From positions 46,390 to 110,389 of the forward strand of contig JBGUYY010000086.1 of the NCBI GenBank assembly GCA_045222555.1: DNA of 64,000 bases, in the 5' to 3' direction. Shown here in pieces: positions 53,885-62,701 of the stretch. The translations under genes and the position numbers were made by a program. Position 1 is the stretch's first letter; every line of letters starts with the position of its first letter. The notes under the pieces were generated by a model, which worked only from the letters and a program-made list of their open reading frames with translations, did no database searches and had not been told where the DNA came from. Origin of the DNA: Bacteroidales bacterium (GTDB lineage Bacteria > Bacteroidota > Bacteroidia > Bacteroidales > WCHB1-69).

Positions 53885-56236
53885 ATGAAACATCTCTACA
53901 GAGTTATTTGCATTCTCATTTTCAGCGGCTTAGCATTTCTTTTTAATGGCTATGCCCAGCATTTGTCCGGCACCCTTCCTGCCAGCTATCACAGTGCATT
54001 GATGTTTTCCCCTATCGGGGAGACCATGGTAGCACCTGCTGATGCGGACTTCATATCGCAAGCTATGAACGACACTGACAAGAGCGGGATGTACGTCATT
54101 GCCCAGCTGAAAGACGTTGACATAAGCACTTTGAACTCAGGGACATGGGAAGAGTTAGAAGATGGAACCATGATATGGAGAGTCCGTATCAGCAGTCCTG
54201 GTGCCAAAGCGCTTTCGCTGCATTTTGACCGTTTCAACCTGCCTGTTGGGGGTCGTTTCTATGTTTACGATGAAGATCGCACCCAGCTGTTGGGTGGTTT
54301 TTCGGAATTGGATAACACGGAAGACAATGGTTATTCTATCGGACTGATTGTCGGGGAGACGATGATTGCTGAATATGTGGCTCCTGCGTTGCTCACGCCT
54401 GGTGAAAAGAAAGCCATTTTGAATACAGAGATCATTGTACCTGATATTCACATCTCCCAGGTTTCCTATATCTTCCGCGGAGTTTCCGACCTGCAGCACG
54501 CCAAGGACATTGGCGACAGCGAAAGCTGTGAGGTGAATGTCAACTGTCCGGAAGGCGACAGCTGGCAGTTACAGAAACGTTCTGTGGTGCGCATCTATGT
54601 GGTGGAGGGCAACTCTGGCGGGTGGTGCACCGGCACACTCATCAACAACCTGTCCAACGACGGCACGCCATACATCCTCACTGCCAACCACTGCGGTCCC
54701 AATGCCACCGCAGCGAACTTCAACCAATGGCGTTTTTACTTCAACTTAGAATACACCACCTGCACGGGCACTACTGTCCAGTCGCAGACCCAATACCGTA
54801 CTGGCTGTACAAAAGTGGCATACGGCTCTATCAGCGGTGGTTCCGACTTCTTCCTTTTGCAGTTGAACCAAGCTCCTGACAACGCATGGAACCCGATTTA
54901 TGCGGGATGGCGGCGTGACAACACGGCGGCCACAACCGCTACGGGCATCCACCACCCGGCTGGTGATGTGAAGAAGATCTCTTCTTCCACCACGGTTTCC
55001 ACAGGTTCCTACAGCGGCTGTGCCTCCAACGCCCACTGGCGAATCACAGATTGGCGGCAGACCACTACCAACCGTGGTGTTACGGAAGGAGGTTCCTCTG
55101 GCTCAGCACTTTTCGATCAGGATGGGTATCTTGTAGGTACCCTTACGGGCGGCGCGGCCACGTGCAGCAATCCCCACAACGACTATTACGGGAAATTATA
55201 CTACCACTGGGATCAGAACGGCAGCTCCAGCGACCAGCAGCTGAAACCGTGGCTTGACCCCAATAACACAGGCAGCAACACCTGTCCCATGTACGACCCC
55301 AACAATCCGGACAACCCGATTGATCCCGATGATCCGGACGATCCTGATAATCCCGATGACCCGGACGATCCCGATGACCCGGGCACTCCGTCTGTTCCCA
55401 GCGACTGCCATAAGCTGCACTATCCGCTCAATGGCACGCTGACCCTTTACCGCACGCCTGACAACGGTTATCTGACGGGCACTAACACCTACGGCGACAT
55501 TGCCAAAGCCGACTATTTCCAGAAAGATAGCACCGTAGAGTACCTTGTCAATCTGGTCATGAACGTAGGCATCGCCAACGGGAGCGGCAACGTGACCTTC
55601 TGCATCTGGGCCGACAACAACGGCCGTCCTGGGGCTTTGATAGCCAGCAAAACAGTGTCTCTCAGCACCATCTCCTCACATTGCTACACGGTAAACGACC
55701 CGCAAATGCCCACCTCCTATCCGCAACTCAAACGACGTTACACTTGCCAATTCAGTCCTTCCGTTGCCATCTCTGGCAGCTTCTTTGCTGGCTATATGCT
55801 CCCGTCCAGCGGAGATTTTGCGTTGGTGACCAACAGCGAGAACCAAGCCGCCAACACAGGATGGGAGATGAGAAGCGACTCCTCCTGGGTGGAGTATTCC
55901 GATTCCACCTCCTGGGGTATTGCCCTCACCCACGCCCTTTTCCCGCAGCTGTGCGACAATGCTGAAGCCATCGATATTGAAGAGTGGAACAATGAGGATG
56001 GCAGCGTCATCTTCCCGAATCCGACCACTGGAATGGTTACTGTGCAACTGACGGGTAGCGACACGCCGGCCGTCATCCGCGTATTCGATATGAATGGGAA
56101 ACTGCTTCCCATTGCTCCTGTGCGCAATGGTGCCACCTGCACCCTCGACCTCTCCTCGTTGAGCAGCGGCCTCTATATCATCTCATTACAGACTAACCAT
56201 CAAATCATCACCAAGAAAATATCACTCATTAAATAA
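53885..56236 (+). CDS. S1 (trypsin-fold) endopeptidase, lysyl-endopeptidase-like, with extra C-terminal domain and T9SS type A CTD
   Basis: 783 aa. Signal peptide, then a pro-region (WRVRISSPGAKALSLHFDRFNLP). Triad context LTANHCG, GGSDFFLLQL, TEGGSSGSALF. A D/P-rich linker follows. CTD VIFPNPTTGMVTV...GLYIISLQ...KKISLIK. Confidence 0.8.
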   Translation: MKHLYRVICILIFSGLAFLFNGYAQHLSGTLPASYHSALMFSPIGETMVAPADADFISQAMNDTDKSGMYVIAQLKDVDISTLNSGTWEELEDGTMIWRVRISSPGAKALSLHFDRFNLPVGGRFYVYDEDRTQLLGGFSELDNTEDNGYSIGLIVGETMIAEYVAPALLTPGEKKAILNTEIIVPDIHISQVSYIFRGVSDLQHAKDIGDSESCEVNVNCPEGDSWQLQKRSVVRIYVVEGNSGGWCTGTLINNLSNDGTPYILTANHCGPNATAANFNQWRFYFNLEYTTCTGTTVQSQTQYRTGCTKVAYGSISGGSDFFLLQLNQAPDNAWNPIYAGWRRDNTAATTATGIHHPAGDVKKISSSTTVSTGSYSGCASNAHWRITDWRQTTTNRGVTEGGSSGSALFDQDGYLVGTLTGGAATCSNPHNDYYGKLYYHWDQNGSSSDQQLKPWLDPNNTGSNTCPMYDPNNPDNPIDPDDPDDPDNPDDPDDPDDPGTPSVPSDCHKLHYPLNGTLTLYRTPDNGYLTGTNTYGDIAKADYFQKDSTVEYLVNLVMNVGIANGSGNVTFCIWADNNGRPGALIASKTVSLSTISSHCYTVNDPQMPTSYPQLKRRYTCQFSPSVAISGSFFAGYMLPSSGDFALVTNSENQAANTGWEMRSDSSWVEYSDSTSWGIALTHALFPQLCDNAEAIDIEEWNNEDGSVIFPNPTTGMVTVQLTGSDTPAVIRVFDMNGKLLPIAPVRNGATCTLDLSSLSSGLYIISLQTNHQIITKKISLIK
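55295..55381 (+). repeat. low-complexity Asp-Pro (GAY-CCN) linker-coding repeat
   Basis: Encodes DPNNPDNPIDPDDPDDPDNPDDPDDPDDP between the S1 catalytic domain and the C-terminal domain of 53885..56236. The DNA shows reiterated gatgacccggacgatccc units. Confidence 0.75.
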
Positions 56237-56257
56237 ATCTCTAAAAATCATAAAAAT

Positions 56258-57892
56258 ATGAAGAAATTTTTACCCGTTTGCATGGCAGCACTGCTGTGCG
56301 TGTTTGGCATCAAAGCCAAGGCTCAGATGAGCTACGGAGGCGAACCTCAATCCTTCAAAGTAACTGTTTCCTCTGTTATTCCCACTATTGAGGTTGAGGC
56401 GTTGGATGTGGAAGCTCTTTTAGCAGAAGATGCTTCTATCGAAGGCAAGAACCATGCCCTTCGCATCGGTGTGACCAAGGATGTGATGTACACCAACACC
56501 AATTCAGGCCGCATTGATCTTCTTCCTGACGGCTCCAAAATCTGGCGTTTGAAATTCCACATGGAAGGCGCTACATTCACCTCCATGAATTTCTCCACCT
56601 TCAACATTCCCAATGGTGCAGAGTTGTTCCTCTACACTCCTGACAGAGAGTATGTGATTGGCAAGTTCACCAACCAGAATCTCATGGAAGACGGCACTTT
56701 CTATCCTCAGGAACTTCCTGGTGATGAAGTGATTGTTGAATATTACGAGCCCGCAAGCGTGGCATTCAACGGCCAGTTGGTCATTGACCAAATTTCACAA
56801 GGGTATTATGATTTCTTCCATATTTATGAAAAAGACGTGGAAGGCGGTCTTGGCAATGCTGAAGGAACCTGCCATCCCAACGCCATCTGCTACGATGCCC
56901 AATGGCACGACCAGATTCAGTCGGTGGTATGCTACACCATGACCTCTGGTGGTTATGTTTACATGTGCTCCGGTGCCATGGTCAACAACACGGCCCGTGA
57001 CGGCAAGCAGTATCTGCTTTCTGCTAACCACTGCTATGAGGCTGGAACATGGAAGTTCTATTTCAACTATCAGGCCACCACATGTAACGGATCCAATGGT
57101 TCAACCCTCAAAACTGCTACTGGTTACACCCTCAAGGCCAAGGACAACGGGGACAGCAGTTCTGACTTCATGTTGGTAGAAATCACAGGAACCATCAACC
57201 CCGCTTTCAATGTCTTCCTTGCTGGCTGGAACAATGGCGCCACCGCTCCCACCAACCCCACGCAATGCGGAGCCATTCACCATCCCGGTGGTGACATCAA
57301 GAAATTCAGTGTTCCTCAGAACATCAACAATGGAAGTTTGGGCGGATATCCCAAGTTCTGGCTAGCCAACTGGGCTACGGCTACGGGTGCCACCGAGCAA
57401 GGTTCATCTGGCTCTCCCCTCTTCAATAAAGACAAACTTATTGTAGGCCAGTTGTATGCGGGTTCCAGCAGCTGCACTAACCCCACTGGTTGGGATTTGT
57501 ACGGCAAACTCTCCAACTCTTGGACCAACAACAACAACAGCAGCAATGCCAAGAAGTTGAAACCTTGGTTGGACCCCAACAACACTGGTGCTACTTCACT
57601 GCAGGGCGAATACTTGAACACCGTAGGCATCAACAACTACACCCAGGTAGTGGATGCTCTGAATGTATATCCTAACCCGAACAATGGACAGATGACCATC
57701 AGCGGCAGCTTCAGCGAAGGCGACGGCACCTGCATGGTGTACGACATGATGGGCAATCTCGTGTTGAGCCGTAATATCACATTGGCTCCCGAATTCAACC
57801 TCAACCTCAACACGTTGGCTCCGGGCATGTATATGATGGAAATCAACGACAACACTCGCATTTCCCGCGCTAAAATCATCATTTCCAAATAA
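56258..57892 (+). CDS. S1 (trypsin-fold) endopeptidase, lysyl-endopeptidase-like, with T9SS type A CTD (paralog)
   Basis: 544 aa. Pro-region WRLKFHMEGATFTSMNFSTFNIP. Triad context LSANHCYE, SSSDFMLVEI, TEQGSSGSPLF. CTD LNVYPNPNNGQMTI...GMYMMEIN...AKIIISK. Confidence 0.8.
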   Translation: MKKFLPVCMAALLCVFGIKAKAQMSYGGEPQSFKVTVSSVIPTIEVEALDVEALLAEDASIEGKNHALRIGVTKDVMYTNTNSGRIDLLPDGSKIWRLKFHMEGATFTSMNFSTFNIPNGAELFLYTPDREYVIGKFTNQNLMEDGTFYPQELPGDEVIVEYYEPASVAFNGQLVIDQISQGYYDFFHIYEKDVEGGLGNAEGTCHPNAICYDAQWHDQIQSVVCYTMTSGGYVYMCSGAMVNNTARDGKQYLLSANHCYEAGTWKFYFNYQATTCNGSNGSTLKTATGYTLKAKDNGDSSSDFMLVEITGTINPAFNVFLAGWNNGATAPTNPTQCGAIHHPGGDIKKFSVPQNINNGSLGGYPKFWLANWATATGATEQGSSGSPLFNKDKLIVGQLYAGSSSCTNPTGWDLYGKLSNSWTNNNNSSNAKKLKPWLDPNNTGATSLQGEYLNTVGINNYTQVVDALNVYPNPNNGQMTISGSFSEGDGTCMVYDMMGNLVLSRNITLAPEFNLNLNTLAPGMYMMEINDNTRISRAKIIISK

Positions 57893-58518
57893 TGAACATG
57901 GAGAAAATCGTCCTTTCGACGGCCTATCTCCCCACTATCGAATACTTCGCTTTTATTGCTAAAAGCGAAGTATTTTTTCTTGAGGGGTGCGAGACTTTCC
58001 AGAAGCAGAGCTACCGGAACAGGGCGTACATCCTGACGGCGGGCGGCGTGCAATCGCTGATTCTTCCCACGCACCACAATACCCAGCGGTGCTGCATCCG
58101 CGACGTGCGTATTGACTACAAAGACCACTGGCAGCTGAAGCACTGGCGCGCCATTGAAACCGCCTACAGCGGCACCCCTTATTTCTTGTATTACAAGGAT
58201 TTCCTTTATCCTTTTTTTGAAAAGAAATACAATTTTCTTTTCGACTACAACACCGAATTAACGATGGCTTTGCTCAAGCTCTTGAAAATGAAAAAAGTCC
58301 CCGAAATCACGGAGACCTATATTAATATATATGAAGATGCATTGGACTTGCGGTCGGCCATTCATCCCAAACGGGAGCGTGTTGTGGAAACGTTAGCCTA
58401 TCCGCAGATTTTCAGCGACCGTCAGCCTTTTACTGATCGGTTATCGGTCATTGATCTTTTGTTCAATCTCGGCCCGGAGGCCGCGCAGCACCTTAGTCAA
58501 CTGAAGGTATTACGCTGA
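57892..58518 (+). CDS. WbqC-family protein
   Basis: 208 aa. The N-terminal LSTAYLPTIEYFAFI...FQKQSYRNRAYILTAGG is typical of WbqC-like proteins. The start overlaps the upstream stop (TAATG); an alternative ATG is at 57898. Confidence 0.75.
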   Translation: MNMEKIVLSTAYLPTIEYFAFIAKSEVFFLEGCETFQKQSYRNRAYILTAGGVQSLILPTHHNTQRCCIRDVRIDYKDHWQLKHWRAIETAYSGTPYFLYYKDFLYPFFEKKYNFLFDYNTELTMALLKLLKMKKVPEITETYINIYEDALDLRSAIHPKRERVVETLAYPQIFSDRQPFTDRLSVIDLLFNLGPEAAQHLSQLKVLR

Positions 58519-60091
58519 AAAAGAGAGAATTGTTGTAGCTGGCCTGCGGGATGGCATTCCCTGGTGACACAATCTTTTCCACCCGTTCCGCCTGTACGGG
58601 AGACATATCCTGCATGCGGCGGAAGGTGGGTTTCTCAAGCAACTCGCGGTAGGACTCATCATTATCATAGATATCATCATTATGATTGGGTGAGAGCGTT
58701 ACCGTATTGTTGGGTGTGCTCAGGTCGATGACAACGGCTTCCGTGGCAGTGCGGGGGGCGGGCTGGACGGCCTGCTGTGCCGGCTGCTGGGGCTGTGCCA
58801 AGAACGGGAACTGGTCGATGGGAGAGGTGAACACGTCGGAGACGTTATTCTGCTGGAAGTCGGTGGGACGCATATTGCCGAACAGATCGGGCTGGGAGTC
58901 ATTATTCAGAGTCGGGTTGTCGGTACCAAAATCGGTGGAAGGAGCCGCGGGAGAGGCATCCACAGAGGGAGCAGCAGGAGCAACGTCCTGTGCAGGTTCT
59001 TGCGACTGGAAAGGCGTCACGATGCGTTCTTCGGGCATCGAGAAGCTGGGGGTGATGTTTCGCTCAATATCCTTTTCAATATTGTCGATGATCGCTGCCC
59101 CATAATCTTTATTCTTTCCTTTGCGGGTATAGTTGGTGATGATGACCGACAGTTTGATTTTGTCGCCAAGGTCTTTTTCGGCGGCGTGTCCCCAGATGAC
59201 GTTGGTGTCGTCGTTTCTGTACTTGTCGAATTCCTGGGCCAGTTTCTTCAGTTCTGAGACCTTGAGTTCATTGCCTTCACCGTAGCGCACGAAGAAGAGG
59301 AAGTTCTGGGCGCTGTCAATGTTAGCGTCATCGATGAGGGAGCAGGTCATGGCTTCGCTGACAACCTTTTCGATACGGTCTTCGCCGCTGGCTTCTGCGA
59401 GGCCGAGCATAGCTTCACCGCTATCCTTCATGATGGTGAGGATATCGTTGAAATCCACATTCTGATAGCCGTCGAGGGTGATGAGTTCGGCGATACATTT
59501 GACGGCATTTTTGAGAACGTCGTCGGCATAGCCGAGGGCCACTCGCAGGGTTTCATCCTCGTAGATTTCCATGATTTTCTGGTTCTGGATGATGATGAGG
59601 GAATCGACATACTTTCTCAATTCCTCAATTCCCTTATCAGCTTTGGCGAAACTCTTCACGCCTTCGAGGTCGTAGGGGTAGGTGACGACGGCGATGGTGA
59701 GGATGCCCATTTCGCGGGCGATTTTGGCCACCACGGGGGAGGCGCCCGTACCGGTGCCCTTGCCCATACCGGCGGTAATGAAGAGCATTTTGGTTTCCGA
59801 GCCGATCAGGTCGCGTATGGCCTGTTCGCTCTCAATGGCCAGGCGTTCAGCCTCTTTCGGATTGGCGCCTGCGCCAAGGCCGGTGTCGCCGAATACGAGC
59901 TTGGTAGGCACCTCGTTTCTTTCGACGGCCATTTTATCGGTGTTGCAGACGAGGAAATCCACGCCCACGATACCTTCCTTAAACATGTGTTGAACGGCAT
60001 TGTTGCCGGCGCCGCCCACGCCGATTACTTTGATGATAGAACCTTTTTTCTGTTCGCCGTAGCTGGTTTCGAAACTGATATCTTCTAACAT
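58493..60091 (-). CDS. ftsZ: cell division GTPase FtsZ with long disordered C-terminal extension
   Basis: 532 aa. Tubulin signature GVGGAGNNAV and GMGKGTGTGASPV. About 200 aa of P/Q/A-rich tail contains EKPTFRRMQ (like the C-terminal peptide that binds FtsA). Confidence 0.95.
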   Translation of the reverse strand: MLEDISFETSYGEQKKGSIIKVIGVGGAGNNAVQHMFKEGIVGVDFLVCNTDKMAVERNEVPTKLVFGDTGLGAGANPKEAERLAIESEQAIRDLIGSETKMLFITAGMGKGTGTGASPVVAKIAREMGILTIAVVTYPYDLEGVKSFAKADKGIEELRKYVDSLIIIQNQKIMEIYEDETLRVALGYADDVLKNAVKCIAELITLDGYQNVDFNDILTIMKDSGEAMLGLAEASGEDRIEKVVSEAMTCSLIDDANIDSAQNFLFFVRYGEGNELKVSELKKLAQEFDKYRNDDTNVIWGHAAEKDLGDKIKLSVIITNYTRKGKNKDYGAAIIDNIEKDIERNITPSFSMPEERIVTPFQSQEPAQDVAPAAPSVDASPAAPSTDFGTDNPTLNNDSQPDLFGNMRPTDFQQNNVSDVFTSPIDQFPFLAQPQQPAQQAVQPAPRTATEAVVIDLSTPNNTVTLSPNHNDDIYDNDESYRELLEKPTFRRMQDMSPVQAERVEKIVSPGNAIPQASYNNSLFFSVIPSVD

Positions 60092-60122
60092 AATTACTTA
60101 ACTTTCAAAAATCGTGATGGTT

Positions 60123-61472
60123 TTAGTTAATGCCGTCCTTGTTGGGCATGGAAATGAAACTTCCGAACCAATCGGTCACCTTGTCGATGAAGGAGCCGCC
60201 TTCCCTTTTCTTCGCCTTATCGTTGCCTTTATTGTTGGCTTTCCGCGTCGGAGTTTCTTTTTCGTCCACTTCAGTCTCCATTTGCTGCATAGCCTCCGGT
60301 TCGGAGAGGCAGCCCAAGCGCAGGAGGCCGAGTGCGGTAGAGCAGGAGGGTGCTTTAAGCGAGTTGTCGATGGTGCTTGACAGTCCGTAGATGGGGTAGC
60401 CGATGCGGGTGCGGCGTTGCAGGATAAACTCGGTGAGGTTGGTGAGGTTCTTCAGCTGGGAGCCGCCGCCGGTGAGCACGACCGTCTTGACGGAGTTGGC
60501 GTAGCCAGACTCATCGATGGCGCGTTTGATGGGCTTGAGGATATCCTCGGCGACGCGGGCGTTGATGACGGTGGCAAGGTCGCGTTCGTTGATCTTGAGC
60601 GACTGGCCGAAACCCGAGCTGTCGGGGATGGTGATAAAGTTGTTGGGGTTTGCCATTTCGGGGAGGCAGTTGCCGTGGTTGACCTTGAGGTATTCGGCCT
60701 GTTCGATGGGGATGGGAATATTCTCAATGTCGGTGGTGATGGCCTGGCTGCCGACGGGGATGACCTTAACGCAGACGGGGAACCCTTGGTGGTAGATGAC
60801 GAGGTCGCTGGTACCGCCGCCGATATCGATGAGGGCGACACCGTTCAGTTTCTCCTGTTCGGTGAGGCACACATCGCCGGAAGCGATAGGCTCGAGCATC
60901 AGCCGTTTGGTTTCCAGTCCGGCGCCGGTAACGCTGAAGGTGATGCGTCTCACCTCTTCCACGTCGCCGGTGACCACCTGGTAGTAGCCGACGAGATGCT
61001 GGCAGAGGGTGCCCACGGGGTCGGGAAGGTGTTTGCCTTCCACCTCATAGTACTGGGGGATGACGGTAATCACCTCGGCGCCTTTCACGTTCATCAGACG
61101 CAATTGGCTGAGCATATTTTCCACCTCCTCTTCGGTCACCATCTTGTTGAGGCCGTCGGGGCGCAGGGAGCTGTTGGTGCATCCCATACTTTTGATATGG
61201 CGGCCTGCGACGCCGACATAGACTTCGCTGATGGGTTCATCGATGCTGGCTGCCAGCTGGTTGAGGGCCACCTTGATATCCTGGATGGTGCTGCCGGGGC
61301 GGAACACGCGGCCGTTTTCAACGCCGGTGGACTGGCTTCTGCCGTAGCCGCACACGTCGATTTTACCGTCGCTGTGCATGAACCCTGCGACCATCAATAT
61401 CTTCGTGGTACCGATGTCAAGTCCCACAACCATTTTGAGGGGGGAGGATTGAGATTGTATATTGTTGTCCAT
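60123..61472 (-). CDS. ftsA: cell division protein FtsA
   Basis: 449 aa. Actin-fold phosphate motifs VGLDIGTTKI and IDIGGGTSDL, LTGGGSQL, and a basic C-terminal amphipathic tail. Confidence 0.93.
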   Translation of the reverse strand: MDNNIQSQSSPLKMVVGLDIGTTKILMVAGFMHSDGKIDVCGYGRSQSTGVENGRVFRPGSTIQDIKVALNQLAASIDEPISEVYVGVAGRHIKSMGCTNSSLRPDGLNKMVTEEEVENMLSQLRLMNVKGAEVITVIPQYYEVEGKHLPDPVGTLCQHLVGYYQVVTGDVEEVRRITFSVTGAGLETKRLMLEPIASGDVCLTEQEKLNGVALIDIGGGTSDLVIYHQGFPVCVKVIPVGSQAITTDIENIPIPIEQAEYLKVNHGNCLPEMANPNNFITIPDSSGFGQSLKINERDLATVINARVAEDILKPIKRAIDESGYANSVKTVVLTGGGSQLKNLTNLTEFILQRRTRIGYPIYGLSSTIDNSLKAPSCSTALGLLRLGCLSEPEAMQQMETEVDEKETPTRKANNKGNDKAKKREGGSFIDKVTDWFGSFISMPNKDGIN

Positions 61473-61490
61473 AAAAAGGTTAATTGGTTT

Positions 61491-62234
61491 CTATTTGGCT
61501 GCGTAGATACGATCTTTGAAGCGTAGGTCGAGAGAGGTGTAGGGCCCTGCGTCGAGGAGTCCGTGGGAGTAGGCGGCGTCGAGGTTGGCGAGTTTGTCGG
61601 AGAGGTGGTCGGCGTTGCCGAGGAGTACGGTGTGGCCGCCGAGGATGCTATAGAGTTCAATCTGTCCGTCGGGGCGGACGTAGATTTCGGGGTATTGTGC
61701 GGCGTAGTCCTTATTGCCGGTGATGGTGCGGGCAACGGCATAGGCGTTGTGCATGGCTCCTTTCTTCTTGATGAAGGAGAGGGGCTTGCAGCTGCCGACC
61801 TTGCCGTTGATGACGAGCAGGTTGCTGCAGCGCGGGTCATCGGGGAGGAGCTGTCCGTTGTCGGCGAGCACGAGCGGGGCGGCGTCTTCGGGGAAGACCA
61901 GTGCGAGCGGGGTCTTGGTGGTGATGGTGACGGTGAGGCAGCTGCCGTTGATGGCGGTGGACTCAATGCCTTTCACCCAGTGGTTTTGTTTCAGAGCCTG
62001 CTCGATGGCTTTGCGGTCGAACTTGCGCACCTTCTGTCCCACAGGATTGGCGGAAGACTTGAGGATGAGCGTGCGGGCCTGCTGTTCGGTCACCATGGTG
62101 TGACTGTTCTTATCGGCGATGGCAACCTTCACCTCACTGCACGGAAGATTGAAATAGCGGAAACCGGCCAGCGCAACCAATACGAGCGCGACAACAAGCA
62201 GCAACAAAACAAGAATGCTTTTCAGTTTCTTCAT
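61491..62234 (-). CDS. ftsQ: cell division protein FtsQ
   Basis: Start trimmed to MKKLKSILVLLLLVVALVLVALAG (a single TM segment). POTRA/FtsQ-type periplasmic domain. It lies immediately upstream of ftsA. Confidence 0.8.
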   Translation of the reverse strand: MKKLKSILVLLLLVVALVLVALAGFRYFNLPCSEVKVAIADKNSHTMVTEQQARTLILKSSANPVGQKVRKFDRKAIEQALKQNHWVKGIESTAINGSCLTVTITTKTPLALVFPEDAAPLVLADNGQLLPDDPRCSNLLVINGKVGSCKPLSFIKKKGAMHNAYAVARTITGNKDYAAQYPEIYVRPDGQIELYSILGGHTVLLGNADHLSDKLANLDAAYSHGLLDAGPYTSLDLRFKDRIYAAK

Positions 62235-62328
62235 TAAAGGCAGGAAATGAATGGTTATTTTAAGGCAGGTTCGGAGTGCGCCTTCGGGGAACAACAACCC
62301 TCCAGCATCAGACGTGATTAGTAACTTG

Positions 62329-62336
62329 CAAAGATA
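62329..62336 (-). promoter_or_regulatory. Bacteroidetes -7 promoter element (TAnnTTTG)
   Basis: TATCTTTG, 94 nt upstream of the trimmed ftsQ start (62234). Confidence 0.4.
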
Positions 62337-62693
62337 CTTCTTATTTCCCTTTTCTCCAATATATTCATCAAATAAAACAAACAATTTATTGTTAATATTT
62401 TCCAACGCCCCGACACCCCAAACCCATTTCATTATCAATTATTTATAAATAATAACAATCCTGTTTTCCCACCATTTTAAGTCCTCAACCCCATGCCCCT
62501 CGTGACTTTCCCATGCAATATGCGCTTGATATGTCGGGAAAATGCGAACAGTTTTTCCGCAAAAAATTTTAAATATTGAAATAAATGAACAAATATGTAG
62601 CGAAAATCCTCATTTTCTAAAGCATTGAAACAACAACATTTACATCATGATAAAAAATTTGGTGAGAGATGATTTTTGTAAGAAAAAAAGTTG

Positions 62694-62701
62694 TACTTTT
62701 G
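62694..62701 (+). promoter_or_regulatory. Bacteroidetes -7 promoter element (TAnnTTTG)
   Basis: TACTTTTG, 48 nt upstream of the rpsF ATG. Confidence 0.6.
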
